A DNA stretch of 64,000 bases from positions 62,001 through 126,000 of the IMG/VR virus record IMGVR_UViG_3300025121_000282. The stretch is one strand, 5' to 3'. Below the pieces are notes generated by a model. That model ran no database searches, was not told the DNA's origin, and saw only the letters and a list, made by a program, of their open reading frames with translations. Shown one piece after another: positions 53,577 through 63,208 of this stretch. Position numbers and translations under genes: made by a program. The stretch's first letter is position 1. Each line of letters opens with the position of its first letter.

Positions 53577-53813
53577 TTATGAGTGGCGCCCGCTGTCACA
53601 CTTTTCTCTTTTGAAAGAATCCGCACCACAGATGTGACAGAATCGATTCCAATTTGGCATTTTGAATTTATATTTGCGTCCGGACGGGTCTCTTGCAGTG
53701 ACCATGCTTTTTCCTACTTCTCTCCTATAATAGAAGGTACTTATAGCAAACGCACCGCCCGCCAATCCTACAAGAAAAGAGCATGATGCTACATAGACCA
53801 TTACAGCAGTCAT
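53577..53813 (-). CDS. small membrane protein with Cys motif
   Basis: N-terminal TM; CHICG. Confidence 0.5.
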   Translation of the reverse strand: MTAVMVYVASCSFLVGLAGGAFAISTFYYRREVGKSMVTARDPSGRKYKFKMPNWNRFCHICGADSFKREKCDSGRHS

Positions 53814-54583
53814 ACTATCTCCAGGTTGGACCCCATCTTGTCTATGATCTGCTGGAAAGTGAGGTCACACAACTCGTCCTTCCAGTCTCCCACAAAGTAT
53901 AACTTTCTAGAACCCCGTACAACACCAAAAAGAATTGGGTCTTTCAAGGCTTCCCGGTCTTTCTTGAGGGTGCCTCGATTTTCGGGGTCATAGTGCAGCA
54001 CCACATAATTGTCGAACAACTTCAATTCATCGCACTTTACTTTTGCTTCTACTGCTTCGTTGGGTATAGGTCTTACAAAATTTTTGATCCAGTCCAGACA
54101 CAGGGCCCTGTCGGCCACAGCCGTAAATTGCAGTAATTGCTTCTCAGAAATATACTTCTTCATCCCCAAAGCAAAAAGAGTATTTTCAAACTTACGTACT
54201 TCAGACTCTTCGTCTATACTATCCACTAGAGAGGTCTGCCCCGCCAAAACAGCCCTCCCCCTCAATTCCAAGACTTTATTTTCCCTATCCTCGAAGATTT
54301 TGAGTTCTTCTGGATTTAGTAAAATCTGTTCGAAAATCTGTTTGATTTTGACAGGAGGTGTAATCTTCTCCTTTCTATAAAAAAGTCGTTTGTACCACGG
54401 TGGCCTTGGTATCGAACCATTTTCTACAGAAAAACTCCCCACAGAAATAAACGTATCTCTGATGTTTATAGTGTCCAAAGATTTCTGGACAAAATTCTTG
54501 GGTAGAGAGAGGTCCACCTCAAATCGATTGAAAATTATAAGAGAATCAGGCGGGTTAGGTACACCTAGCGTGGAGATCGGCAT
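53810..54583 (-). CDS. hypothetical phage protein
   Basis: ATG at 54583 overlaps the upstream TAA; DPILFG...LYFVGDW. Confidence 0.65.
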   Translation of the reverse strand: MPISTLGVPNPPDSLIIFNRFEVDLSLPKNFVQKSLDTINIRDTFISVGSFSVENGSIPRPPWYKRLFYRKEKITPPVKIKQIFEQILLNPEELKIFEDRENKVLELRGRAVLAGQTSLVDSIDEESEVRKFENTLFALGMKKYISEKQLLQFTAVADRALCLDWIKNFVRPIPNEAVEAKVKCDELKLFDNYVVLHYDPENRGTLKKDREALKDPILFGVVRGSRKLYFVGDWKDELCDLTFQQIIDKMGSNLEIV

Positions 54584-54837
54584 TACTGTCTCTTTTTTGC
54601 TCTGCCATTGGGGCAAATACACGGTCCTTGAACTGTGACCCGCTGATGCCCAGGAGGAAGACCGCATGGAGGAAATGGTGTGATTACAGCTAGGTACCCT
54701 GTGTTGCCGCACAAGCCGCACAGAGGAGTTGGAATGTGTGGTGTTGCATTGTTGATGCACACCATTACAATGAACTCTTCCCACAAATTAGATGCGTCGC
54801 CCATAAAATCATCCCGCTTCCTCGAAGCTATTTTCAA
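54583..54837 (-). CDS. hypothetical Cys-rich protein
   Basis: CGLCGNTG and CICPNG motifs. Confidence 0.5.
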   Translation of the reverse strand: MKIASRKRDDFMGDASNLWEEFIVMVCINNATPHIPTPLCGLCGNTGYLAVITPFPPCGLPPGHQRVTVQGPCICPNGRAKKRQ

Positions 54838-55101
54838 TCACATGTTGGGGACGTCGAAAATAGCTTCTCCGTACACCTCGTTTTGCTCGTCTGCGTAGTT
54901 GTCATTATACAGATTCCTCCCGCCTGTCACTGCGTTGTAGTCATGACACGAAGTGCGGGACGGGGTTACTCTGTCTAGCGCTGCAACTTGCTTCTCGGTT
55001 AGAAACCCGTGCCGCCTATAATAGTTATTACACCCTGCCACAAACTCGTTACCCGGGTCTGAATCGCCGGCTCTTTTTAGAGCGTACCTAAACTTATTCA
55101 T
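54838..55101 (-). CDS. hypothetical protein
   Basis: 87 aa ORF. Confidence 0.5.
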   Translation of the reverse strand: MNKFRYALKRAGDSDPGNEFVAGCNNYYRRHGFLTEKQVAALDRVTPSRTSCHDYNAVTGGRNLYNDNYADEQNEVYGEAIFDVPNM

Positions 55102-55457
55102 TGGACATATCCAAATATTTTAGCTTTTGTAATTTCTACGAAATCATGCCCAAGCCATTCAGCTAGTGTTATGTCTCCCTGATGTTCTCTTCTGTACCCA
55201 AAAGAGGGGGTGTCGCTGGATTTCTCGATTTCCACAGCCCTATTCATGGCCGCAATTTCTTCCGGTGACTTAGCGGGGTAGTCATCTTGGGTGTACCTCC
55301 TTACAAAGGTGGCGCCCTTGGTGGACAACACCCATTGCAAAGCCCCCAGTAGTGACAACGATTTTTCTTTAGCTATGACACCAATTACTACTTCCAGTTC
55401 TTCACTATTATTTATTGTTGCAGAGTAACAGTTGGTGTCAAGAAAGAAAGGTTGCAC
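55098..55457 (-). CDS. hypothetical protein
   Basis: 119 aa ORF. Confidence 0.5.
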   Translation of the reverse strand: MQPFFLDTNCYSATINNSEELEVVIGVIAKEKSLSLLGALQWVLSTKGATFVRRYTQDDYPAKSPEEIAAMNRAVEIEKSSDTPSFGYRREHQGDITLAEWLGHDFVEITKAKIFGYVQ

Positions 55458-55460
55458 TTT

Positions 55461-56492
55461 TTAGTTCCTTACGTCCAGTATCTTCTTAACAAGTGCAGCC
55501 TTACCACCCGGAATCTTGGATGCACCGGTTATGTGGAGACCAAAGGATGCGTACTTTCGGAGGTCTTCCAGACTGGATTCCATCAACTTGGCTTCGTTGT
55601 ATTTGTCCATATAAGACCAAGTTTTATCCCCATCAAGAGACTTCGTGGTACTTGGCTTTTCTGGCTTGGCTTTTTTGGTATCGGTCTTTGCAGACTCCTT
55701 CTCGGCCGGAGCGACCTTTTTTGGAGGCGTGGTTTCCTTTACGGGAGTTCTGACCCCCAAGTCCTCTGACTTTATGGTAGTGGAGGGTAAGGGTGCCCCG
55801 TGTACCCCTAGAACCTCGTAGCTGCAAACCCGCATTTTTTGCATACTGCAGTCTTTGGGGATGCAAACCACATCAGCAGGGTCAATTCTGCAGACAACGA
55901 TTTTACTGGAGACCTGCCCAAAGTCCCTGGCGTACTTGAGACTGCCTATGTGCAAACCCTCATGACATGCGACGTCTGGGTCATCAGAAATCTTATTTCT
56001 GGGGAAAGTGGGCTTCTCTCCAGGTTTGTTCAGTATGGTGCCAGAGTGGTGGTCCATCCAGTCGTTTCGTACTGACTTGTAGGCAATGACGAAGCCACTC
56101 TCGTCGATCGGGATCTGGTCATGTTCCATAAACCCATACAACTGCTTCACAGACCGCCATGACGGATTCAACTGTAGACGCTCCCAAAATTTGATCCAAG
56201 GCCACGGGTCTTCGTTTCTCCCTGCCATGGACATGATTCTTTTGGAAAGCTTTGGGTCTATAACTTCACCCTTAAAAAGTATGCTACCATCCACCACCTT
56301 GAACTGGCCATTGGCCCAACTCTCTATAGTTTTGGCTGGTGTCAAACAACTAGGGACTAAATTCCACTCTTCGTTGACTAAATGGGTGCATAACTTCTTG
56401 TAGTTGGGGGCGGACGAACTTACAACGGTAGCCTTACCATCTACAACCACTGTAACCGACCCCGGGGTCATGCTATATGTAATATTCGACAT
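55461..56492 (-). CDS. rIIB: RIIB-like protein
   Basis: FWERLQLNPS...QLYGFM...AYKSVR...DDPDVACHEGLH; directly downstream of rIIA. Confidence 0.85.
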   Translation of the reverse strand: MSNITYSMTPGSVTVVVDGKATVVSSSAPNYKKLCTHLVNEEWNLVPSCLTPAKTIESWANGQFKVVDGSILFKGEVIDPKLSKRIMSMAGRNEDPWPWIKFWERLQLNPSWRSVKQLYGFMEHDQIPIDESGFVIAYKSVRNDWMDHHSGTILNKPGEKPTFPRNKISDDPDVACHEGLHIGSLKYARDFGQVSSKIVVCRIDPADVVCIPKDCSMQKMRVCSYEVLGVHGAPLPSTTIKSEDLGVRTPVKETTPPKKVAPAEKESAKTDTKKAKPEKPSTTKSLDGDKTWSYMDKYNEAKLMESSLEDLRKYASFGLHITGASKIPGGKAALVKKILDVRN

Positions 56493-58596
56493 TTTCTGAT
56501 CCTATTTCTGTTAGCGAATCAATGAGTTTGATGTACTCAACAGCACAGTTTACGAGTTCCTGTTCCCCATCAGAGAAGATGCTGAACCCACCCTTATGTA
56601 GTTTGTGTAACATCGGATACTTTTTCATTGTATCTATAATACCTATTGGTGGAACCACCGTTTTGTCGTTTATAATGCCTCTTATATGCTCCACCAGTGG
56701 GGCTAGAGTTTCGTTCTTATTTATTGTTCTCTCTAGTTGTGTGTACTCGCGGACAACTAGGTACAGTGGGTGCGCTCTGCCTAATAGTTTGGCAAAACGT
56801 TTCTCAATAGATGCTGGGTAGTGCCTAACATTGTGTGGTAGACTGTCTTTGGTGCTTTTTACTCTAGCCATATCATTGTACAAACTGCCCAGGTTCATGG
56901 CAGTCATGGTCTCTTTGGCCCACTCTACCCTCCAGTCTCTATAATGTTTTCCGATACAATCAATACCGGACACTGGTTTCTTTTCGGTTGTTTTGTACCC
57001 ATACACACCGGGCATTTTTAACCCAATACTCTTCATAATGCTGGCGTCGTCTCTATACATACGAATAAAATCGAGACCACACACTTCGAATTTGTCCAGT
57101 ATTACAAACACGTCATTTTTTGACGGGATACGCGTAACAATTTCCCACGAGTCGGAGAATTTGTCACCACGTACACCCGGGTTATACTCAAAACACCTAG
57201 CCCTATAAACCGGGTTGATTGGCCCACATCGTACTTTACCACTCTTGGTACGGACGGTGGTATACGTGTTCTCTTTAGCCCACAAAACTGTAGAAATGTC
57301 AGTTATGGGAACGCCGTCTAAGTTTGCCTCTTTGACGTACTTGTCTAATTCCTCTCTTAAGACTTTAAAATCAACCGGGTCAGGTGCAATTGGGGTGACT
57401 ATGCAGGCATAATCGCCCAGCCCATAACCTTTTATAGACTTAACCTCATTTTTTATGTAGAGAGTTGTACGAGTGTCTACTATGACACTCTGAGAGTTGT
57501 TTTGGATATTCGATATGGTGAACGTCTTAGGCTTGTTTGCCTCAGTGTACAAGGGAACACTTTGAATAGTCCACTTCTGGTACTGTTTGGACAGTCTTAT
57601 GCCAAACCCTTTGCATGTGGTGGACACTTCTAAACGTCTGTGAAAATTGCTGTTGTCAGAACTGGACACTAGTGTTATAAGTGACTCGATGTAGTGTTCG
57701 TACATCTGCCTTATTTTGCTTACTACGGCCTTTATGGTGTAGTCTGAATACCTCAGTTCTTCTCTGCTTGTGGCAGTTTGTACCTCTCCAATGTCAAAGT
57801 ACAACACCCCGCACAATTTTCTTAGACTGCCATATAACTCTTCGTCCTGTAACAGACTTTCAATCTGGTTTAAATCCAGCTTGTACGGAATGGGTCCCAT
57901 TACGGCTGTCCACCCCGTAGAATGATCATTTTTGTCTAAGTATCCATACGGAGTGCCGATGCTAAATTTTCTCAGTTCAGGAATTATAATATTGATGTCA
58001 GGCAGCGGTTTGAAATACTTAAATAACTTAACAGCCCTGGCCTCGAAGTGCTCAATGTCTTTGGGTTTGACTGGCATCTGTACCTCAATGCCAGTCTCGT
58101 CTCCGCATGGCTCTTCGTGTAACTTTTGCATGATGCCAGCATTGGACTCATCCAATACCGCTGAATAAATTTTCTTAAAACCACCATGCCACGATGTAAC
58201 TGTGAACGAATCGGAGTACGCAAATGCTGATTTTGCACCGATGCCATAGTTTCCAGCTTCGTTATTGGTCTCTCTCTTGGTGCTGTCGCCGTACTGAGTA
58301 TAAGTATATAACACCACTTCTTCAGACATGCCAGGGCCCCAGTCCCTGATCATGAGGGTGGGGTTCAAAGGTGTAGGCAGGGTTACCCTAATAGGCAAAT
58401 CATCTTTGCCTATAGACCTGTGAGCGTCCCAGGCATTGGTTGAGTACTCCCGCAGTGGGGCTAGAATTTTATCAGTATAAAGAGTATCGCGTAGAATGGT
58501 CATAATGTGGGTTTCGGCGGCCTTACTTATGCCGAATACACTTACACTGGTAACACCAGACGTGACCAGTGTGCGGTCCTCTACTTCAGTCTTCAT
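56473..58596 (-). CDS. rIIA: RIIA-like protein (N-terminal GHKL/Hsp90-like ATPase)
   Basis: LREYSTNAWDAH, RDWGPGMS, STKR...GNYGIGAKSAFAYSDSFTV. Confidence 0.9.
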   Translation of the reverse strand: MKTEVEDRTLVTSGVTSVSVFGISKAAETHIMTILRDTLYTDKILAPLREYSTNAWDAHRSIGKDDLPIRVTLPTPLNPTLMIRDWGPGMSEEVVLYTYTQYGDSTKRETNNEAGNYGIGAKSAFAYSDSFTVTSWHGGFKKIYSAVLDESNAGIMQKLHEEPCGDETGIEVQMPVKPKDIEHFEARAVKLFKYFKPLPDINIIIPELRKFSIGTPYGYLDKNDHSTGWTAVMGPIPYKLDLNQIESLLQDEELYGSLRKLCGVLYFDIGEVQTATSREELRYSDYTIKAVVSKIRQMYEHYIESLITLVSSSDNSNFHRRLEVSTTCKGFGIRLSKQYQKWTIQSVPLYTEANKPKTFTISNIQNNSQSVIVDTRTTLYIKNEVKSIKGYGLGDYACIVTPIAPDPVDFKVLREELDKYVKEANLDGVPITDISTVLWAKENTYTTVRTKSGKVRCGPINPVYRARCFEYNPGVRGDKFSDSWEIVTRIPSKNDVFVILDKFEVCGLDFIRMYRDDASIMKSIGLKMPGVYGYKTTEKKPVSGIDCIGKHYRDWRVEWAKETMTAMNLGSLYNDMARVKSTKDSLPHNVRHYPASIEKRFAKLLGRAHPLYLVVREYTQLERTINKNETLAPLVEHIRGIINDKTVVPPIGIIDTMKKYPMLHKLHKGGFSIFSDGEQELVNCAVEYIKLIDSLTEIGSENVEYYI

Positions 58597-58655
58597 TGCT
58601 TGCCTAGTGCCAGAATTGTGTTACTGAGATAACCTTGTGTACCCACCCAACTCCG

Positions 58656-58856
58656 TCAATCTAATTTGACAGAATCCAGATAACCGTACCTATTGTCAAA
58701 CCAATCTTTAAATTCTGCTGACGAAACCAAGGCTCTCTCAGGTAGAATGTCGTACTGTTGTAAGCAATACTCATCCCATCTTAGATTCATCCAAGTCTCG
58801 AAACTAGACCCTGGACTGCCCAGCTTTTTCCATGCCTCAAGTGCATTCACGGCCAT
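58656..58856 (-). CDS. hypothetical protein
   Basis: 66 aa ORF. Confidence 0.45.
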   Translation of the reverse strand: MAVNALEAWKKLGSPGSSFETWMNLRWDEYCLQQYDILPERALVSSAEFKDWFDNRYGYLDSVKLD

Positions 58857-59326
58857 AACACCTCCAATCCTTCAAGCAATAAAGTCAAACTCCGGGTCTC
58901 GTCTGCCGGTTGCCACACAGCCTTGAACCCAGCCTCTGTTAGTCTTTTGACCATGACAGGGCCTCCGATGTGATTAGAGGTATGCACCCAAACCTTAGTA
59001 TTTGCACCCAACCTTATAATTTGTTCTACTGTGTCTCTGCCTGTGGGACATCCGCAGTGGGGGTTTAACATGTTTAGCCCGTGTGCCCGGTCCGTGTTAG
59101 GACACTCTAGGCTCACAATTAGACCACCTTTCAAATCTCCAGCCTCTTCCCAGACACACATGTCATGGTCAAGGCACACTAAGTCTGCATCCCAAATGTC
59201 TTGGTCCCTAACCTGATTTGGACATTTAAAATGGGTAATGTCTACATTTTGAATATCAAATTGGCTAAACAGACTGGTAATCCAGTTGTGCCGGTTATCC
59301 CAGTCGTCTATTACCACTACTCTCAT
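58847..59326 (-). CDS. cyclic-phosphate-processing receiver-like domain protein
   Basis: VVIDD...R, VCLDHDM, TGRD, VWVHTSN..G...M pattern. Confidence 0.6.
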   Translation of the reverse strand: MRVVVIDDWDNRHNWITSLFSQFDIQNVDITHFKCPNQVRDQDIWDADLVCLDHDMCVWEEAGDLKGGLIVSLECPNTDRAHGLNMLNPHCGCPTGRDTVEQIIRLGANTKVWVHTSNHIGGPVMVKRLTEAGFKAVWQPADETRSLTLLLEGLEVLWP

Positions 59327-59334
59327 TTGGGTAC

Positions 59335-59700
59335 CTATTTGATATCTGTGGCTATTATTTTTACGCTCTCAAATGGCTGCTGTGAGATTGTTATTACTAA
59401 CAAACCATTTGAAACTGTAGCCTTAAAAGACGGATTTGAACACCCGCTAAGAACGAACTCTTTGGACGAAAATAGTCCACTTTTTACTGTTTTGGTGTCA
59501 ACTCTAATGCTGACCCCATCAAAATCGATGTTCAGGTCTTTGGCCGTCATACCAGGGACAGCTATTTCAAGTGTTACTGTTTTCCCAGTAATGGGAACAG
59601 TGTTCTTGTCATTATTGGGTGGAGCCTTGAAAAAATCAGGAAAATCTTTTACAAAACTCTTGCGAAACTCCTTGAAAATCTCGTCCACCATACTAGACAT
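59335..59700 (-). CDS. small heat-shock (Hsp20/alpha-crystallin-like) protein
   Basis: LEIAVPGMTAKDLNI and ATVSNGLLVITI motifs. Confidence 0.7.
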   Translation of the reverse strand: MSSMVDEIFKEFRKSFVKDFPDFFKAPPNNDKNTVPITGKTVTLEIAVPGMTAKDLNIDFDGVSIRVDTKTVKSGLFSSKEFVLSGCSNPSFKATVSNGLLVITISQQPFESVKIIATDIK

Positions 59701-59956
59701 TGCTAGGTGCTGCCTTCTTATTGTGAATGGCAGGTTTTACAGAGTCGCGGAAGATGGGGATTCCGCGCTGCCGGGACTTGGTATTCTCAAGGTAGGCCAT
59801 GACGAGAGCACCGAATGGCGTCTTGTCATCAATTGCTAGGCCCTTTGATGTCTGAAGCACCTGAGACCGCTTGTTCCTGCGTAGGGCCTTTCGTAGGGCC
59901 TTCATGCGCTTGTTAAGGATCTTTCTCTTGGATTCTGGGCTGAGTTCGGTGTTCAT
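59693..59956 (-). CDS. basic hypothetical protein
   Basis: 87 aa, Lys/Arg-rich. Confidence 0.5.
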   Translation of the reverse strand: MNTELSPESKRKILNKRMKALRKALRRNKRSQVLQTSKGLAIDDKTPFGALVMAYLENTKSRQRGIPIFRDSVKPAIHNKKAAPSNV

Positions 59957-60000
59957 TTTGTTTCCTCTTAGTTAGAAATAGTCTCTACTGGACTACGCAA

Positions 60001-60489
60001 TTATTTTACAGGCAAGTTTGGAGGTATAGTAGCTACCAGTTTTTCTGGCATGTTCATGTACGAGATAATGCATTCCTCCCCTTTACTGGAGACAATTGCC
60101 ATTTTGGCTTCGGGGTCTTTGAATGGCATGTGTTCGTCACACCCAGTATTCCAACCCGCATCTAGCAAAGCTTGCCACAAATCATAACTGCCATCTGCTA
60201 TACCGCTGGCATACTCGCGAATGTCGTGTTCCATTTGTTCTGGGTCGACTTCGTTTGTGTGCGTTTCCCGTGACTTTCCGCATTTGTTGCAATAAGTTGC
60301 ACCCGCGGGTGCGTCAAACGAGTGGCCTTTAAGCACACTTGAGAGTTGGTATGTCGCAAACACATTGTGTATGCTTTCGATAGCTTCTGTAACTGTGGCG
60401 AACCCCGCTCTGTGATACAGAATCAACGTCGAGTTGAAACACCCCTCTGCATATCCCATCTGTAGCAACACAAAATTAACTCTAGACAT
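60001..60489 (-). CDS. hypothetical protein
   Basis: 162 aa ORF, CNKCG. Confidence 0.55.
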   Translation of the reverse strand: MSRVNFVLLQMGYAEGCFNSTLILYHRAGFATVTEAIESIHNVFATYQLSSVLKGHSFDAPAGATYCNKCGKSRETHTNEVDPEQMEHDIREYASGIADGSYDLWQALLDAGWNTGCDEHMPFKDPEAKMAIVSSKGEECIISYMNMPEKLVATIPPNLPVK

Positions 60490-60778
60490 TCTCTTTCTTT
60501 CTTCTGGGAATTGGAGGTTTTTCCCCCGGTAGGAGAATACGCTCGTCGAATTTGGCCATGCCTATGCAATTACACATACCATACCCGGTGGCCATTACAA
60601 TACCGGATCGTTCATTAATGGCTACAAGTAAATCTTCTTCCATGACGTAAAATTTGAAAGAAGATACTTCTAAACCAAGTTCCTCAATTCCTCGTTCCAA
60701 TTTGTTGGTAAACACCCCAACACTACCAGGAAGGGTAAATTTACTTTTCTGTTCAAGTGCATCTTCTAGTGTTAACAT
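60482..60778 (-). CDS. hypothetical protein
   Basis: 98 aa ORF. Confidence 0.5.
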   Translation of the reverse strand: MLTLEDALEQKSKFTLPGSVGVFTNKLERGIEELGLEVSSFKFYVMEEDLLVAINERSGIVMATGYGMCNCIGMAKFDERILLPGEKPPIPRRKKENV

Positions 60779-61323
60779 TACTTTGGTATCGCTCTGCCCA
60801 ATGAGTCCCCCTCATACGATAGGGCTTTTGACACATCGGCGATCATCATACTGACAATTACGTTGTCGCACACCTCGTCAAGGACGCCGGCTCTGTACTC
60901 CTCTGTACTCAGTCCTTGAGCAGTGAGAGCTTCTTCTAATTCTTTAGCTTCATCTTTTAACATATTGAAACACTGAATAGGGGTATAGTGGGTCCACCCA
61001 CCTTTGTATTCGAGAAGGCGGATCTTTGCCTCTGCGGCTAAGGCTAGTGCCAGTAATGATGGCCTGATGTTTAATGAACGCAAATCAGCAGTAAATGTAT
61101 TCCCTGTGGGGATCAGATTCTCAGCTTTATATACCGCACAGGACGGGGCACAATCATCTGTGATGTGCGTTCCACATGACGGACACAAAGTGGGGTTGTT
61201 TTTGTTAATAATCTGTACTAGGTCAAAGATAGTAGACTCTAACTCCACCTCTCGCCTTTTGATCCGCATCAGTTCTCTTTTAAATTCCTCAGACCGAGCT
61301 TTTAAATCCTCTATAGACCTCAA
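60778..61323 (-). CDS. protein with C-terminal MazG-like (dNTP pyrophosphohydrolase-like) domain
   Basis: KGGW...LKDEAKELEEAL...LDEVCD. Confidence 0.5.
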   Translation of the reverse strand: MRSIEDLKARSEEFKRELMRIKRREVELESTIFDLVQIINKNNPTLCPSCGTHITDDCAPSCAVYKAENLIPTGNTFTADLRSLNIRPSLLALALAAEAKIRLLEYKGGWTHYTPIQCFNMLKDEAKELEEALTAQGLSTEEYRAGVLDEVCDNVIVSMMIADVSKALSYEGDSLGRAIPK

Positions 61324-61388
61324 TGGAATACTCTCGTCTGTATTGTGTTGGTACCAATGTTATACAACAAAAGGGTAGGTGCACTTAG

Positions 61389-61643
61389 ATGGAATTGACT
61401 GAGGAAGAAGTGAAAAATATACTACTCTCTTTGACACACATATCCAAAGAGATGTATAAAGCCATACTAACAAACCCAAAACATACCCCCGCCAATGGAG
61501 AGCACAATGTGCTTGTTCCTGTAAATGGCCTAAAAATTTTGGCAGACAATCTCAGTGCCCTGTGTACACAATTACAAATGAAAAATGGCGCATCTGAAAC
61601 CCATGACACGTCTACCCCTCCTCCGGGGACAACCTTAAACTAG
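61389..61643 (+). CDS. hypothetical protein
   Basis: 84 aa ORF. Confidence 0.45.
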   Translation: MELTEEEVKNILLSLTHISKEMYKAILTNPKHTPANGEHNVLVPVNGLKILADNLSALCTQLQMKNGASETHDTSTPPPGTTLN

Positions 61644-61746
61644 GGGCCCGCATTTGTTTGTGCGGACAGAGGTGAGTCCACATAGAGCCGTCTGGTTGCA
61701 GACGAGGCTCGCGTGTCCGAAATTGAATTATTTGTTTTGTGATTGG

Positions 61747-61962
61747 CTAGGTCTGGGGTTGGGATATGTGGTGTGCAGGGAGCCACTCTTGGCGGGGACA
61801 CCAGGGCTGGTGGGTGTGATTTAAGTCATACGGTGGGCGGATGTGTCTGCCACATACAACACACTCGTCGCACCGACACCCACCATTTGTTCGCATGCCC
61901 GTCTTTGATACAGCATACCGGCACGAATTGTCTCCGCAGTCAGGCTGAAGGCTTGCTGCCAT
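61747..61962 (-). CDS. small Cys-rich protein
   Basis: CGDNSC...GMRTNGGCRC. Confidence 0.5.
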   Translation of the reverse strand: MAASLQPDCGDNSCRYAVSKTGMRTNGGCRCDECVVCGRHIRPPYDLNHTHQPWCPRQEWLPAHHISQPQT

Positions 61963-62158
61963 CTAGGCCACCGTCCGCAAGTGGTTTGTCGTATGTTACC
62001 ACGACTTTTGAGTTTCTAGACAAGTTTTTGCCCGCGCTGTCGCGGACGAAATGCAGGTGTATTGTGGCCTCCGGAGGTATTTCTGTGTACTTACTCCTGA
62101 GTATTTCCTTGACCTCGTTTAAGTCAAAGTACAGTTCCACAATTATTTTACGTCTCAT
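61940..62158 (-). CDS. hypothetical protein
   Basis: 72 aa ORF. Confidence 0.45.
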   Translation of the reverse strand: MRRKIIVELYFDLNEVKEILRSKYTEIPPEATIHLHFVRDSAGKNLSRNSKVVVTYDKPLADGGLDGSKPSA

Positions 62159-62215
62159 TTTGATGGGTTGGTCCCACGAGTGTCTCCCCCGGTAAGACCG
62201 GGTTTGAGAAGGCCA

Positions 62216-63142
62216 TCAGTCATCCAGGCCATACTGACCGGGGAAGTGGCGAGCCTCCATGGTGATCCCGTCCACCGAGATCTGCTTGAAGTTACCCTCC
62301 TTAAGGATGTACTCGCGGAACTTGCCAGTGGGAAGCAAGGCTCGAACCACCTCGGCCGCCGCGCTGACCATGGTGCGATAACCGCGAACCTCGAAGGGGG
62401 TGTTGGACTTGGTCGTCACCGTCTTCGAAGCCACGAAGCCGTAAATGCGGGCAGTCCCCTCGGTCTTGTTGTACTTGAATCCGAGGATGGGTTCTCCATC
62501 ATTTCCGAGCAACTGCTCGTAATGAGCCTCACGGGCATCGATGGAGGCCGAACGAGCCCGCTCCCCGGTCTTCTCCGCCAGAATGTCCGCAATTGCGGCG
62601 GCATAATCAGCGGCCGTGATTGCAAGGCCTTTCCCGACCAGAGAAAAGGCTTTTTTGACCACATTCTCATTGAGACCCAGGGACTCGATGGACACGTTGT
62701 TCTGCTTCTCCAAGGCAATCGTCAGACCTGCCAGTTCCGTGAGCAACTTGGCGTCACGGGCCTTGGCCTTTTCGTAGTTGATGTGAGTGGCCAGAACGAG
62801 ATCCATGACCTCGCCCGTAGCAAGGACACCCGCCTCCACGAAGGCGCGGATTTCCGCTTCATCCTTTCCCGTAGGGTCAAGATAGCGGCAGAAATCGTTG
62901 AAATCGTCCTCCGCCTTGGGGTCATGGGCACCCTTGGGGTCGTTGAAGGTGGGGGTTCCGCCGTCACGTTTGGCCACAAGAGCCTTGGTGATGATGTCCA
63001 CTCGCCCCTTGGAGCTTGCTCGGGCGGCCCACTTGTTCTTGGGCTGGGCCTGATACCCACGGATGCCCACGAACTTTGCCTTGGAATCCAGAGCCGCGAA
63101 CACGGCCAGACCCAACTTGGTGACACCCTGATCAGTACTCAT
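62216..63142 (-). CDS. hypothetical protein (308 aa)
   Basis: GC3-biased long ORF; the overlapping + ORF is a shadow. Confidence 0.7.
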   Translation of the reverse strand: MSTDQGVTKLGLAVFAALDSKAKFVGIRGYQAQPKNKWAARASSKGRVDIITKALVAKRDGGTPTFNDPKGAHDPKAEDDFNDFCRYLDPTGKDEAEIRAFVEAGVLATGEVMDLVLATHINYEKAKARDAKLLTELAGLTIALEKQNNVSIESLGLNENVVKKAFSLVGKGLAITAADYAAAIADILAEKTGERARSASIDAREAHYEQLLGNDGEPILGFKYNKTEGTARIYGFVASKTVTTKSNTPFEVRGYRTMVSAAAEVVRALLPTGKFREYILKEGNFKQISVDGITMEARHFPGQYGLDD

Positions 63143-63208
63143 TGTTTTTAGTCTCCCTGATTGTTGATTACTAGCGGCTACACACTCTTCGACCCGAGTC
63201 GTAGTCGG

